Shown here piece by piece: positions 14,801-28,128 of a stretch of DNA of 64,000 nt. Under the pieces are notes generated by a model. It was not told where the DNA came from, ran no database searches, and was given only the letters and a program-made list of their open reading frames with translations. Made by a program: the position numbers and the translations under genes. This stretch comes from Balanoglossus misakiensis (taxonomy: Eukaryota > Animalia > Hemichordata): positions 14,449,129 through 14,513,128 of the forward strand of contig CM082576.2 in assembly GCA_040954595.2 (NCBI GenBank), read 5' to 3'. Every line of letters begins with the position of its first letter. The first letter of the stretch is position 1.

Positions 14801-15680
14801 GTACTGGTATCTGAGAAAACTCCAGTTGTATTGTGCAATCTTCTAACCATGTAGCATTTGCTACAGCAGGGTATATAACCAGAAATGCAGTAAAACCTGT
14901 GTAAACTGGACACAAAACAGAGTGGGAAACCTTTTATTTGGAGGTACATGTAGCTGGTTAATGAACAAGACTTGGGGAGATGTTCAGTTTAAACATGTTT
15001 CTGATTCCAAGATTAGACACGGGTCGGTTTAGACAGGTTTCACTGTATATTGGACTGTAACGTACATGAACGATTGAGAATATAAAAAGATGCCTTTGGA
15101 CCATATTATCAACTGTCTGTCGTACTGGTCAAAGTAAAAGTATTTGTACTTCTTGACATAATTCAACTGAATGGTTTTTTTCTTGCGTTGTTGTTTTTTG
15201 TCAGGAAATCAAAAACTGAAATGGAGAAACATCAAGTAAAACGTGAATCCATCCGTACTGTACCAAAGGACGTACTTGCAAAAGCCAAAAAGAAAAGGTA
15301 AGGAAGCCGATGGAAAAATGTTTGATGTTTACAATACAGCATTGTGCCATGGCCTAAATGTACATATCAAATGTTGCTACTCAAATAGTTGGTATGCTAA
15401 CACTTATCCCAGAAAATTTGATGGAATTTTCACTAATGCGTTGTGAAAATTTATTTCTGCGTTTGACATTGATCACATTAATTTACGACATGATTAGTTG
15501 CATCATTTCAATTTACCAATCTGTTATCTGTCTAGGAGTTATTTGAAGGCAACTAAGGAAGGTCTCCAGTCGTCAAAAAATGCACAGGGAAGAAGAAACA
15601 AAGGAAAAAGGAAGACAAAAGAGAAAACAAAACCAAACAAAACAAAGAGCAAAACAAAACCCAAGAAAGTTGACACATAG
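8854..15680 (+). CDS. DDX52: DEAD-box RNA helicase DDX52 (ROK1), 13 coding exons
   Basis: Exons 8854-8943, 9644-9928, 10321-10506, 10785-10865, 11303-11477, 11594-11666, 12265-12468, 12870-12951, 13317-13439, 14141-14367, 14689-14760, 15205-15297, 15536-15680. N-terminus [23 protein letters not shown]; motifs [46 protein letters not shown]; GKIWVLICT and CPVPDYML are typical of DDX52. Confidence 0.96.
11925..12065. mobile_element. Decayed copy of the ~180-bp TTAA MITE family
   Basis: Shares tgccacccgctgaaaatctgtgatt..ccatggt..aaattt.cataggt with the copies at 24431, 41042 and 52255. Confidence 0.55.
14888..15047. mobile_element. Small MITE with CAGT..ACTG termini
   Basis: cagtaaaacctgtgtaaac / gtttagacaggtttcactg inverted termini. 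Confidence 0.5.
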
Positions 15681-16064
15681 CCTAAGACCAAGGAACTTGT
15701 ATTAAATGCTATAATGTTGAAGAAATAGTCCAGTGCAATCTTCTGTGATCAGCAGACCCGCCCAGATTTCAGTGAATCCTGCTGCAACCAGTTTACCTAC
15801 AGGTCTTTCTTCACAAGTTCAGTGGACTCTGTAAAGCATGTCTTTTTAGCTAGCATATTTTGCTAGGTGTGTACAGCAGCGATCACAAAAAATGGGTCGG
15901 GGGGATCATGACAGAGGTATTGAGGGGGGGGGGCCTTGAAAATTTTGAGGATGAAAGCAATATTGCACTAAGTTGACAACACAAATCAATTTGTAAGTCA
16001 AAATAAATGAGAAACCTGCCTCGCCATATCAGGTGATGAGTGTCTCTCTCTCTCTTTGTGCATG

Positions 16065-16095
<31 letters not shown>

Positions 16096-16749
16096 TCATT
16101 ACTAAGAAATGACAACTGCTGCCACACTTACCAAATTAGGTTTCTTAAAAATGTTGCCAAATGTTTCATAAAAGAAAAAAATATATATTTGATAATGATT
16201 TAAGAAAAATACTTGATAACCCTTTCATCAGTAACATGCATTTGATATTTCACAACATAGTCCGTGTACAAATCACTGCCAATACTTTACAGATTGATTA
16301 TTTTCAGTTTTTTTCTTGGTAAAAAGCTACAGGTTGCAGTAAAAAGAATCCCTTTTCGCTTGTTTGTGATATGTAAAGACAGTAAATGTAAAATCAGTTT
16401 TCCACACTCTTTGCTTATGTCAGTAAATAGCTACCAGATAGTTTTATTACAAAGGGAACATGATCACATTTTTAATTTTTGAAGGAAAAATGAGATGACT
16501 ACACCACGCAAGAATATAGTCCACGTCGCTGCTTGGCAACGGCGCATGGATACTCACCCCGTGGCGCGCTGCGTATGAATTTCCAGAGCGTGAAGAGTCT
16601 GTAGTCCGACAGCAGCAGACGATCTCCTGTTTATAAATATAACTTCATGTTGTCGTTATTTCTGGGCGTTGTGTTTGAAATAATTAAGAAAACTGGCAAA
16701 AATTGAGAACCCACTTATGAAGAGCTGGTAACCCACTTTGGAGTAGCTC

Positions 16750-19700
16750 ATGGTAAGTATACTGCGAGTGCGTGTCATGCTAAAGCCTGCTGTATTTCTG
16801 TGGTTGGGTACGGATTACGAACACAAATCAAATCTCAGTCAGTGGCATGGGTCGCGGAGAAAAACAATCATGAGTCATTTAGTTTTACTGTTATTTACAT
16901 GTAATATTTGCTTTGTGCCATCTTAGTATAGTGTAGTTATAGCGACCTTTTATCCCAACACCTCAAACTCAAATTCATATTTGATTTTGAATTACTGCGA
17001 TATAAGTGATGGTTCTTAGGAAATGTTGGCGCGCATTTTAAAGCAGACGACATTTTGAAAAACAATGATCGTGACGTCTGAGTTGAAGTCCGTCGTATCG
17101 GATCCATGGACGCACTCACATTATTATATATCGCAAGAAAGGTCTGAAAATCTCAACCATGGTATTGGTTTACTACATGTTTCTTATGTTTCACTTTCAA
17201 GTGGATAGTCTACAGCAAATGTGAATGGGCAGAAACAATACAATGTATAACTCCTGACCTTGCAAGTTTCTGTGTCACCGGACCCGCGTTTTCTAAACCA
17301 AGTTTGATGGAAATAAACACAGGAAAACCATGAAGATATCAAGGAAACAAAAAAGAAACCTGAGAGAGTCTCTGCACAGTGTAAATGAAAGGTAGGGACA
17401 ATGCGGACATACTTTTTTGTTGTGACTGATTTGTCTCAAATCCCTCACTACTGAATTAATAGTCTAGTACCTTAGCGCCCCCCCCCCCCAAACGTGTTGA
17501 CATTCAAATGTGGTTTCTGTAATACAGAAAACAAACTTTTTGGCCTTATTACCGCCATCATTTGTTATAACCTTTTTATATAAACAAATTCCCATGAATA
17601 TAATTTATTATAATATTAAATTATATCTGAGATGATTGAGCCAAAACAGCAGTGGAGCACTGCCAGTTGAGAGTACATGTAGATAATGCAAAACAGTTGT
17701 ATTTTTCCACAAAGACCTGCTTTGCACATGATAGAACTTTTAGAAGAAAAAAAAACTTTAGAAAGTTCACCAACTCTCAAAGTTAAATTTGACATGCACC
17801 ACCTCCATAATTACATACTTTTAATTATATCTCATTTCTTCAACATGCTCAACATTTCCCTCCTTTTTGTTACTATAGACAGCGCCACACCACTGTAAAT
17901 CAAGCTATTCAGTATCTGAAGGCAACACTGCCATCCAAGGAACCTACAAACCAAGACACCAAGGTACATTTATTGCATTTTTACATCCAGGGAAAGAAAA
18001 ATACACAGATCATAGCATTTGCATATGAAATAACTATAGCCAGTCATGATATGCCAATAGTTCAGCTAGACATTTTGACCAGTGACCACAGGGGCCTCTC
18101 CCTCCGCGATTTTGTTTGTTTGTTTGTTTGTTGTTGTTGATGATGATGATGATTTTTGGCATAATAAACAAATACATATTTCTTTATAAATATGGTTTGT
18201 TGACATGTAAAGGTTAGGGTATATTAAAAATACGGTGTTGGGACCCGGAAATGGGCTAGTTTCCACCCTTGTCTCTCTTTGTGGCTTAGTGATGCCCGGG
18301 GCCGTGGATCGAAAAAATCCCAACACTAACCCTAACCTGTCGAATATACCCTAACCCTTACATGTCAACAAACCATATTTATTAATAAAGAAATATGTAT
18401 TTGTTTATTATGCCAAAAAAATCATCATCATCATCAACAACAAACAAACAAAATCGCGGAGGGAGAGGCCCCTGTGCAGTGACGGGTTATTATCTACCCT
18501 ACATCACTGATTGCTGGCTAAATAAAAACATGGTTGAAATTCATGTGGTATACAGAACAAAAATTACAGATAGTGGAGCTGGCAGCTGCCACGATATTCC
18601 CCTTGATATTTTAAACATGCACTGTGGCATCTGATCAGTATGATTATATGAACACTGAATTGTAATTATCATGATAGTGCCATCTCATCTCAAACTATGA
18701 CTAACTAACTAGTGAGTGCTCTCTGTTGTTAATGTCCTAGTTCATGGTACTCAACCGAGCTGTAGAATACACTGATTTCCTACAGAGAAAAGTGCTAGAG
18801 TTAGGGCGTCAGAGAGGAAAGACAGTGTTTTTTAAGGACAGGTACCTGTGCATTGAAGTTCCACAAAAAGGTATGTTTGTGCATGCATGGACTCGGGGGA
18901 TTTTCTTGAGCACAAGAAGCAAGATGATCTTATGTTACGTACTTAATCTCTCTTGGCCAATAATTTACAAAGATGTAATGGTATATTACAAGATGTGCGG
19001 CAGTTTACATGCCAATTTCGGGAATATTTCACAAGACCAATTCATTAATCTCATCCAGATGGTGACACTTATCGATTGAAAGATTGTCTTTTCACACAAT
19101 GACACAGCATTTACCTTTATTTTTTTGTTGGGATTCCAGATCTGGGGAGTAAAACGGGCGGAAGTGCTAGACAAGTGGATATGATAACTCCAGAGATATT
19201 GGAAGAACTGATCAAGGATATAGATGAGGAAGAAGATGATGTTGGGAATGTACCTGAAATTTGTGGGAAATCTGTGAAAAGCGCACAGTGTATTGAGTAT
19301 CCCTGTACACCAAAGAGAGAGTTTGGTGTAGTACCTGGTAGTACTCCTGAAACATCCTTTCAATCTCCTTGCACCGACAACATGTTTATGTCGCCATCGA
19401 GAGGCGATCAGCTACTCTCCATCAGCTCATCCGTACCATCTACTGGGTTGTCACTTTCGCCAATCATTGGCTCTTCACAATCTACCAATGCATCTGGGTC
19501 AGATCATTATTATGTCACACCAGAATTCTCGCCAAATAACTTTCCCTACGAACACTCCTACTCTCGAAGAGCTCTTTCAGATGATAGAGATATCATGGAA
19601 TTAGAGAATAGCATCACCCTGCCAAACGCTGCTGGCTGTTCCTCCTTACCCGCAACACAAGCTACATATGAACGGACATATTCTGGTGGGAAACTTGATG

Positions 19701-20673
19701 AAGGATCTGAAGCTGGGAAAACCAAGTTTACAGAAGAAGATCATGTCAGACAGGGAAACCCCCAACAGAGGAAATCATCCAAGAAATTACAGACGACAAA
19801 TTGTGTAAGTGAAATTAAACCTTTCTAAACGTGTAATGTCATGGAACATGTATACTGAGGAATTCTGGTTGCCAAAGTGATTATGAACGTGATGAATGTA
19901 GTGTGGGAATATTTTATTCACTGCTTAAATTTTATCTCATCAAAGATTTTGCACTTGTCTTCTAGGACCCATTTGAAGCTTGTCATCGGGTAACAAACTG
20001 CAAAAGTAGCAACTGTGGCATGTGCAAGTCTCCTGCCTCAAAAAGTACTTTATACTCAACAGAAGCCCCAACGCCACCTCCACCTAAGTCTTGGATCAAC
20101 GGTTACCAGTTATATACAAGATTAAATTATCAGATTTACAAGATGTAAGAGTTCAAATTTTGATTTACCTTTAAATTCTGCTGACTGTCATCTGCTGCAA
20201 GTCGTTACATGTGTACATCACTGATCAAATATGAGGATCCTTTTACCATGGCCAGGTTATCAAATCAAGGCATTGACACAATTTATGGGCTCTGTACCAG
20301 CTGTCATAAATGTACTACAGTATGAATGTGTTTTTTTTTACATACAGGAAACATCCTGATTTAGTTGGTAGAGAAGTAACCAAGGCACTGGGAAATGCAT
20401 GGAGAGAATTGCCAGAAGAGGATAGAAAACATTATAGGTAATTATAGGTATTTACTTGCACATGGCTCTGATTCTTCTCTACTAGCTACATGATTCATTG
20501 TGAAATCCAAATGTTTTAGTACTTTTATACCTTTGTTATTGTTACACCACAATTACATGCATTTTTTTTCCTTTTTCAGCCAACAAGCATGTGAGTTGAA
20601 TGAACAGAGAAGAGTTGAAAGAGAAGCAATTATAATGACACAACAGAAATCAAGAGATTTAATATCGTCTTGA
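16750..20673 (+). CDS. bHLH + HMG-box transcription factor, MEIOSIN/BHMG1-like architecture (444 aa as spliced)
   Basis: Exons 16750-16752, 17303-17391, 17879-17963, 18741-18870, 19140-19804, 19966-20144, 20348-20437, 20580-20673 join in frame. bHLH: HSVNERQRHTTVNQAIQYLKATLP...DTKFMVLNRAVEYTDFLQRKV. HMG box: KSWINGYQLYTRLNYQIYKMKHPDLVGREVTKALGNAWRELPEEDRKHYSQQACELN. The first (ATG-only) exon is less certain; ATG 17330 is an alternative start. Confidence 0.85.
18087..18476. mobile_element. Foldback/MITE element with ~135-bp inverted arms, in an intron of the bHLH-HMG gene
   Basis: cacaggggcctctccctccgcgattttgtttg...gttagggtatatt (18087-18225) is mirrored by aatataccctaac...caaaatcgcggagggagaggcccctgtg (18343-18476). 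Confidence 0.8.
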
Positions 20674-22240
20674 AAATCCTCCCCTCACTCAAAAGTCAAT
20701 ACAGTTAATTTTGTGTATCTTGGATTGAATTCAACTACCAGTATCATCTGGGGTAGCATAGCGGTGCATATAGAAAGTTGGCACAAGTTATCATTGTTGT
20801 TGAACCACTCTTGCCAGTAAATACATGTCTATTTTTTTTTAAATACTTGTCTAATTAAGTGTGAGCAGATGCTGGCTGTGAAACATTATTGCAATGGGAA
20901 ATCAATAGCATATGCAATCTTTACAAAATGAATATTTTTCTGTCAGCTCTTTTCAAGCAGTTTTCCAGTACTTTCTAGTTTATTCAAGAATTTTTTAGAA
21001 CTTCTGATTCTATATAATAACAATAGAAGTCTCTTTAATTGACCTAAATGCCGATTGAAGTATTTTTATTTACTGAAAATTTGTTTGTGTAAATATGGAT
21101 AGAACGAATTAGAATTTCAAATTTGTTTGGTTGTAAATATCGTGTGATGTTACAGGAACATTTAATTCACGTCAATATTTTATCGGTTTTTATCAGTTTT
21201 AAATCCAGATCTTTTAATCTTAACCAGAAATCTGTATTTATGGAATTTTTAAGTTGTACAAAGTGGATCTGGTATTTAAAGGTAAGTAATGCATTGGCAG
21301 AGTAAAATTGCTGCCAAGTTTTAGATATCACTCCCAAGCATTAGTATTTGTTGAACTATATATTTAAGACCAATTTATCGAGGAACCATAATTTTCAGCA
21401 TGCTTTTTGCCACAGAAGCCTCTTGCTTGTTTCTATAAAATCAAGAAAATTCCATTTCAGTGTTTCAATTTACAGTTACTATCTTTAATAAAATCCTCCG
21501 AAGATCAAGTTCTCCAATGCCTCTTATGGTAAACTTGGTTTAAATGAAGTTATAACAGTGTTTACTATTTATTTGTATTTCTTTCATCATTGTTGGTTCT
21601 CGGTGAAGATTTGAGATTCTGAATGACAAGGAATGTCATATTTAGTTTTTTTGCCTTTAAATAAACTAAAGTATTAACTGTTCTACTTTGTCTTTGTATA
21701 TGCATCACTACCAAGACTTGCAATTATTTAGGATTACATCAGCCCATGTACACAATGAAAGAAAAGAACAAAACAGTTTTAAAAGCAGTTACTTTTTTAT
21801 TTACGAAAAGTTAAGTGAACGTTCCATATCACTTAAGAAAATGCTATAGACAAACAAAATTCTTCCTGGCAGTTAAAGAAATTTATTAAAACCAAATACA
21901 TGTATATATATCCTCTTGAAAAAGAAATTAATCACAAGATGAACATTTCCTGGGTATCTTGTAACACTATATTCTAGGTACTTTTTTCGTTACATCCTTC
22001 ATTCAATGGGAGTAATACACCCATTTACAGGTTGAGGTACCCACCACTCCTGGGTGGAGGAAAAGCAATGAGAAATGCCTTGGCACAAAAAAACATCAAG
22101 GCTTGCTCTGGGTCTCAAAGTCACCATCTTGTCCTCCGATACTGATACCGGTATCCCATGGCAACTCCTCTACTTGTTCCTGAATGATGATGTCATAGGA
22201 CTGAAGAAGATTCCAAACAATACAACGGTCCCCTTCATCA

Positions 22241-25200
22241 TCAGACTATGGCATACTGTTCATATAAAAGTTCTCTGATTTTGAAGTAGTCCTCACACAG
22301 ACAGCCTTCCAAGGAAATTAAGCCGGCTTCACTCTGAAATTAAACATAGAAATATAATAGATATAGATGGTCTGTCACTAGTTATGTACATCAGTGTCTC
22401 GCTTGGAGCAGAATCCACTGTCTCTCTACGGTCTGACAGGGGTAAGCCATCAATAATTAAATGCACTGGCACAATTGAAAATTCAAATAAAATGTCTCAT
22501 CTCATAAACTCTATTACTTCAATAAAAACACAATTCTACATAAAGACAACATTATTTTCTTACCCTCTTGATTGCCACCATGTTGTTACACACAATGACA
22601 CCACCAACAAACTCTGCCTGTATTCCTTGCCTCAACAACACTTGTTTCAATTCCATTAACCTTGGCTCATTGATGAATACTTCTAGGTGACCAGGTGCCT
22701 GCAAACAAGTTATACAGTCGATCAGATCTTTGATTGGTGGTACAATGTACAGTAGAGCCTTGTTCTGGGTAATTCAGACTACCCCAGTTGAATGAAAAAT
22801 TATTAAATTGTGTAACTGCTCTTACATATACCATTCACAATATTATTTTTAAGCAGTCTTTTCCATCTGGGTATCTCCTCTACTGAAATGAAACACTTTC
22901 TCTGAGCAAAAGTTGACATTGGTAGAATTAAGGGGATTTAAAATAAATGAAACTGGGGAATTACATGAACATGTATATGTGTAATAATGATGTTATTCCA
23001 AAACACAAAGACCATGTTAGATTTTGAAAAATTATCAGTTATGACTGACATCATAAAAGATACATCTTTAATATCGAAACATACCAACAGTCAATATATG
23101 CAACTTACTTCATTCGGTGGAAGTCCTTCAAGGGTAGGTACTGAATCAAGAGTCTTTGTCTCTGTCTTCTTACCACTGGGTTCTGTCAACAATCATCAAT
23201 TCATGCTCATTTACAAGCTTGTTTATATTGTCGTATAAGTACTTTCAGTTTTAAAACATGCATTGATAAAACTGGAATGGTGCATTAGAAAAGAATAATG
23301 GCATAATTTTTGTAGGGAAATCACCTTACATTCCAAGTCTAGTCATATAAAAAGTGAATTAACATTTTTGACCTTGGCTTTCTGATATACTATATACAAA
23401 AAGTTGAGAAACACAAAACTGCTCAAAAAAGCATGTATGACAAAGGTCTTTTGCAAAACTAGCATGATTACCACAAAGACCTTTCCTGTAGATGTGTTGC
23501 CTCTTATACGAGTCGGCAATATTTTATATGATGAACCGACAGCCTGGTCAATGACTAATCCATTATCACAATCTCCAGTCTTGCCCTGTAGAGGTCTATA
23601 ACATTTGATAAACCCAAGATGATCTGATATCACACCACTTACCGCTCTGTTTGGGTACAACAACATCCTCGCCATCTTCTGTGAGTTCACCTTCTTCCAA
23701 GATAACGCCAGTGTCCACGGAGGCAGCACCCAGCTCCAGCTGGCCATCCACCCAGGCCAACTCGGCGTCCTTGGCTTTGGCAAACTCCAAGGAACTGACC
23801 AGTGCATCTTTTAATTTCACCTGCAAACAGTAGTTATTGTAAAGGTAAGGATTTTCATAAACAGCAGAAGGGAAGAAATGATATATCGACCACTGATGTT
23901 TTGAAGGGACGGAGAATATAAGGTACAGTTTTAATTGTTGATTGTGGTCAATATTTGACATCCTTGAAAAACCTACATACACAGCGGAATTGTCAATAAA
24001 AATATAAGTTCTCCATTTCACAAAGGTCTGTTTTACAAAACGGTCACTTGACAGACAATGTGGAGAAAACATGATGATGCAAATACTACAATTATGCTGA
24101 GACTCAGGTGTGAGTATTGTATTCGGCATAACTTGCTTTGAGATACAAGACAGATCTTGGAAGAATGCATTTCCTGCTCATTAGAAAAAAAATCACTTGT
24201 GAAAAATCGACAATAACTACCTGGAAGATGTGGCTCTCCATGGTTGCGTCACAAGTTTCATTGACTCTAGGAACCATGACTTTTGTGATACCCACTGATG
24301 TCCGGCAGTATTCCGCAAACGACTCTGTAGCCTCTGCTGTTCCGTGAACTAATATCTGTAATTTGAAGTCATCAGACCATTATTAGACTGCTACCACTTA
24401 CTATTCTGCTAACATTAACTCTCACATTAAAGGTATACGGTCACCTATGGAAATTTAGCTACAGTTACCATAGCTAACTGAGAACTGGCCAATCACAGAT
24501 TTTCAACGGGTGGCACAAGTGAAAAAAAGAGTGCCACCAGATGTTCTTGAGAACATTCAGATACGCCATTTATGGACATACGTAAATTGGAGGTGACCAT
24601 GTACCTTTAAAAGCAGAAACTTTGTCCCTATAAAAAAAGAGGACTCTAGCTTTTGTGAACTTTATGTGCACAGCTCTTGCAAAGTCATCTTCTCTAAAGT
24701 TATAAGAAACAATCACTGAAACAGATTTGTTGATCTCGACAATGTCATAAACTATTCACTTGTCGTACATGGCCTACAAAACAATTTCATCGCTAAAACT
24801 GCATGTACCGGTACATGTACGTTTTAAACCATCACACTCAAAAAATTGTAAATTTTAACTTTTAAAATGGTGGATCATGATGACTCAATCATACCTAGTA
24901 TACAGAAAGATTGGCCACTAAAGCTTCTCTAATATAGGCCAGGCACTATTTTCAAACAAATGCTCTGAGCACTTTCGGCAAATGACAGCAGATAGGAAAA
25001 TTACGTGTTTCATTCACATGAAATAAATGACCAGTTCACAAAACACTGACAATGCAGAGACGACCTTACCATTTGTTTGGGTTTCATGATGGACAGGATT
25101 TTCCTGATGGATTCACCGTCTGACCTTCCTTCAAAATCAATGAAAGTCACCGGGCAGCTGAATCAAATGGGAATGAGTGCAAATTAATTCAAATCATCTG

Positions 25201-27929
25201 TTCTCCATGTGCAGGTTCTGGATGTACAAATTCTGCAAATCCACTCTTGACAAAATCACAGCATGAAATGTACCCAAGCTTGACTCAATTCTTAGACAGT
25301 TACTGTCTATAGCCCAATCAGCTGGCGAAACCTTACAAATGAAAGTCTTTCCCTAGGAATTTTGGTGCAGATCTCTTAGTTGAAACTGTTGGTCCACAAC
25401 AGCATACTGTAAAACACTTTATTTTCGCGAGCAATAAATTTTCGCGAAATACGCGAGAGCCAAAATAGCGTGAAAATAAAAAGTCGCATAATTTTTTTTT
25501 AAAGATAACGATGCAGTGAATGAAATAAGAGAACGCGAAAATTAATACTCACGAAACAGTGGCCTCTCTCGATATCGCGAAAATTTCAACTCGCGAAAAT
25601 AAAGTGGACAAAACAGGACAAGAAATACTTTTTCAACATGATAATTGATGAAGGCAGTTATCCTTACTTGATGTCTATGGTCTTTTCCATGGCCACACAC
25701 TTGGTGGGTACATTGCTGATGTCTGTAAATCCAGAAATTGACACGATGCATGGGGGTTAATGACCAAGGTATCAATAATATTAGTACTGATCTGAAGCAC
25801 ATTACCTGAGAAATAGCATGTTTTTGACAGATATTGTTTGTCTCTGTCTCAAGTGAAAGATTCTTCTTGAAAACAGAGCACATAAACCCATGACCATCCT
25901 ACTATTGATGTAAAGCATAGTTGATGCCAGTGGAAACTCTATTTTAAAGTATAGACACAAAACCAGTGGTGTTATTAAACCTTCTGCACCCTGATCCCTG
26001 GAGACCTGTGATGCTGATGTCATATAGGAAGTTTTTTCGTAAGGATGATCAAAGGTTATAAAAACTCTTCAAGAATAACCAGAACTTCTGCATTAAAGGG
26101 ATTACTCAACAAGAGAATGACATTAGGTGTAGTTCTGTTGCTAAAGGAATGCTTTAATAGTCACACACCATTTGCTGGATGCTTCGGGATTCCACATTTC
26201 AAATTCAACAGAGCAAACTCTAGTACTGTGTGTTCAGTAGTATGGTCTCACATTAGGAGTTGAGACAATTTGATTTTATTTGCTTGATGTCACGGTGATT
26301 AACCTACCTTGTTCCATTTCAGTGTCACCATCCAGACCAAGTTCTTTATCCTGATAACAATTAGAAGATAATAACATACATCATATCACTGCAATAAACA
26401 TATATTTAACTCAATCTGTACTGAGTGTAGTTGTTACAAGGGTTTAATCATTTGATTCATATTGCTTCATCCAGTTACAACAGGTACAGGTCCTGTAATT
26501 CAGTTCCCACTGGCAGCATTATGGCACTTGGATAAATTTCCCTTGTTGTACTTGAGAAGAATCAGCGACCCAAATCCTAATTGACAGGTGGTAGACTAAC
26601 ATCACCCTGTTTGCCTGTAAGTATTTTGTTGTAATATTGCCCAAACAAATTACTTCCATTGATGTATACTACGTCTACTTTTCTTGATGCCAAAGCTATC
26701 ACTATCAGAAAGAATGTTAGTCAAAAGTGCAACACTGATTCAGCAAATGCTGAATTTGAAATCTGCTCACCAGTTTCTTCTCGTCATCATCGCCAGCCGC
26801 TAACTCCGATATCATGAAATCTTCCGGCTTGATGATTTCTCCATAGTCGTCCCATTTTATCCTTTCTTCGTGCGACGGAAACATCGGATAGGACTTCTTG
26901 GCTTGCTTGAAGAAACCACCTTTTCTGCTCCCCTATTAAAAAGGAAAAAAAAGTCCATGAGCATTTGACCTGTGGATCTCATATGGTGTGTCCAACCAGT
27001 AGTCTCCACGCCAACACTACGATGCCGTATGCGACATGTTTGAAATGGCAATGTTTATAATACATTTTTGTACTACCTATACAGAGTTTGCATTCAATTG
27101 ATAGAGGTAACAGCAACCAGATGGGGAAATGGTCGACTGACAAACCTACTCCAGAATAAAATGTGACACGCTGATTACTGCAATGTTCTGTGGAAAACAG
27201 TCACTGATGAAGCAAGGCAAACGGTTATGGATACAGGCGCACATAAAGAATACATGTATTTCTGTGTTTGTTTTACACAAGTGTTTTTTGTTTGCACCAA
27301 GGTCAATTTGAATTCAAGTTTTTCCATGTACATGTACTTACTTCGCTCTTCATCATCAGATCATGTTTAGCTTTAGTTCCAGCGCCCTCAACTTCCATCT
27401 CCTCATCACTGTCATCACTGGATTCGCCAGACAATGTGCTGTGGAGAAGAAGTCAACACTATGTTACCATGGTAAACACTACAATCAGTTTTCCAAAAGA
27501 AACAGCACATTATTGTAAGTATTGCAATATTTTCTCCGTCATTTAAATGCAGTTGTCAAACAAAAAAACAGGAGAGTGGTATTACAGGAACAACTTTTTT
27601 GAAATACCGCACTTTCCACTATTCCGGTATACAGTCAACATAGCATGTGGGCAAGATTTGCAATGGGTGTATTTACCTGAAGTTATACATCTGTGCACTT
27701 TATGCATCAGAGCCCCATGTCTGCTCATAAGAGGTGTTGATGCTACAAATGCAGAATGGTTTGACTTACCCTTTGTCTTGAGTTTTCAGTTTGTTTTCAT
27801 ATTCTTTTTCTTTCTCTTTCTTCAAATATTCGTCTAGTTCTGGTCCTTCAAGCCTCACCCTCTTTCTAATCTACATCAAGAGATAAAACATAAAATTTGA
27901 GTGAACATTATATGCTGTAACTATTACTG

Positions 27930-27970
<41 letters not shown>

Positions 27971-28097
27971 GTCGTCATCATCACCGTCATCATCATCATC
28001 ATCAGCAGCATCATCATCATCATCATCATCTTTTTCATCATCATCATCATCATCGTCATCGTCATCATCATCATCGTCATCGTCGTCATCGTCATCG

Positions 28098-28128
<31 letters not shown>

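Noticed and set aside
8944-15535. Intronic snoRNAs in DDX52
   Set aside because: A few TGATGA words are present, but none forms a convincing C/D pair with a terminal stem; an Infernal/Rfam scan is needed.
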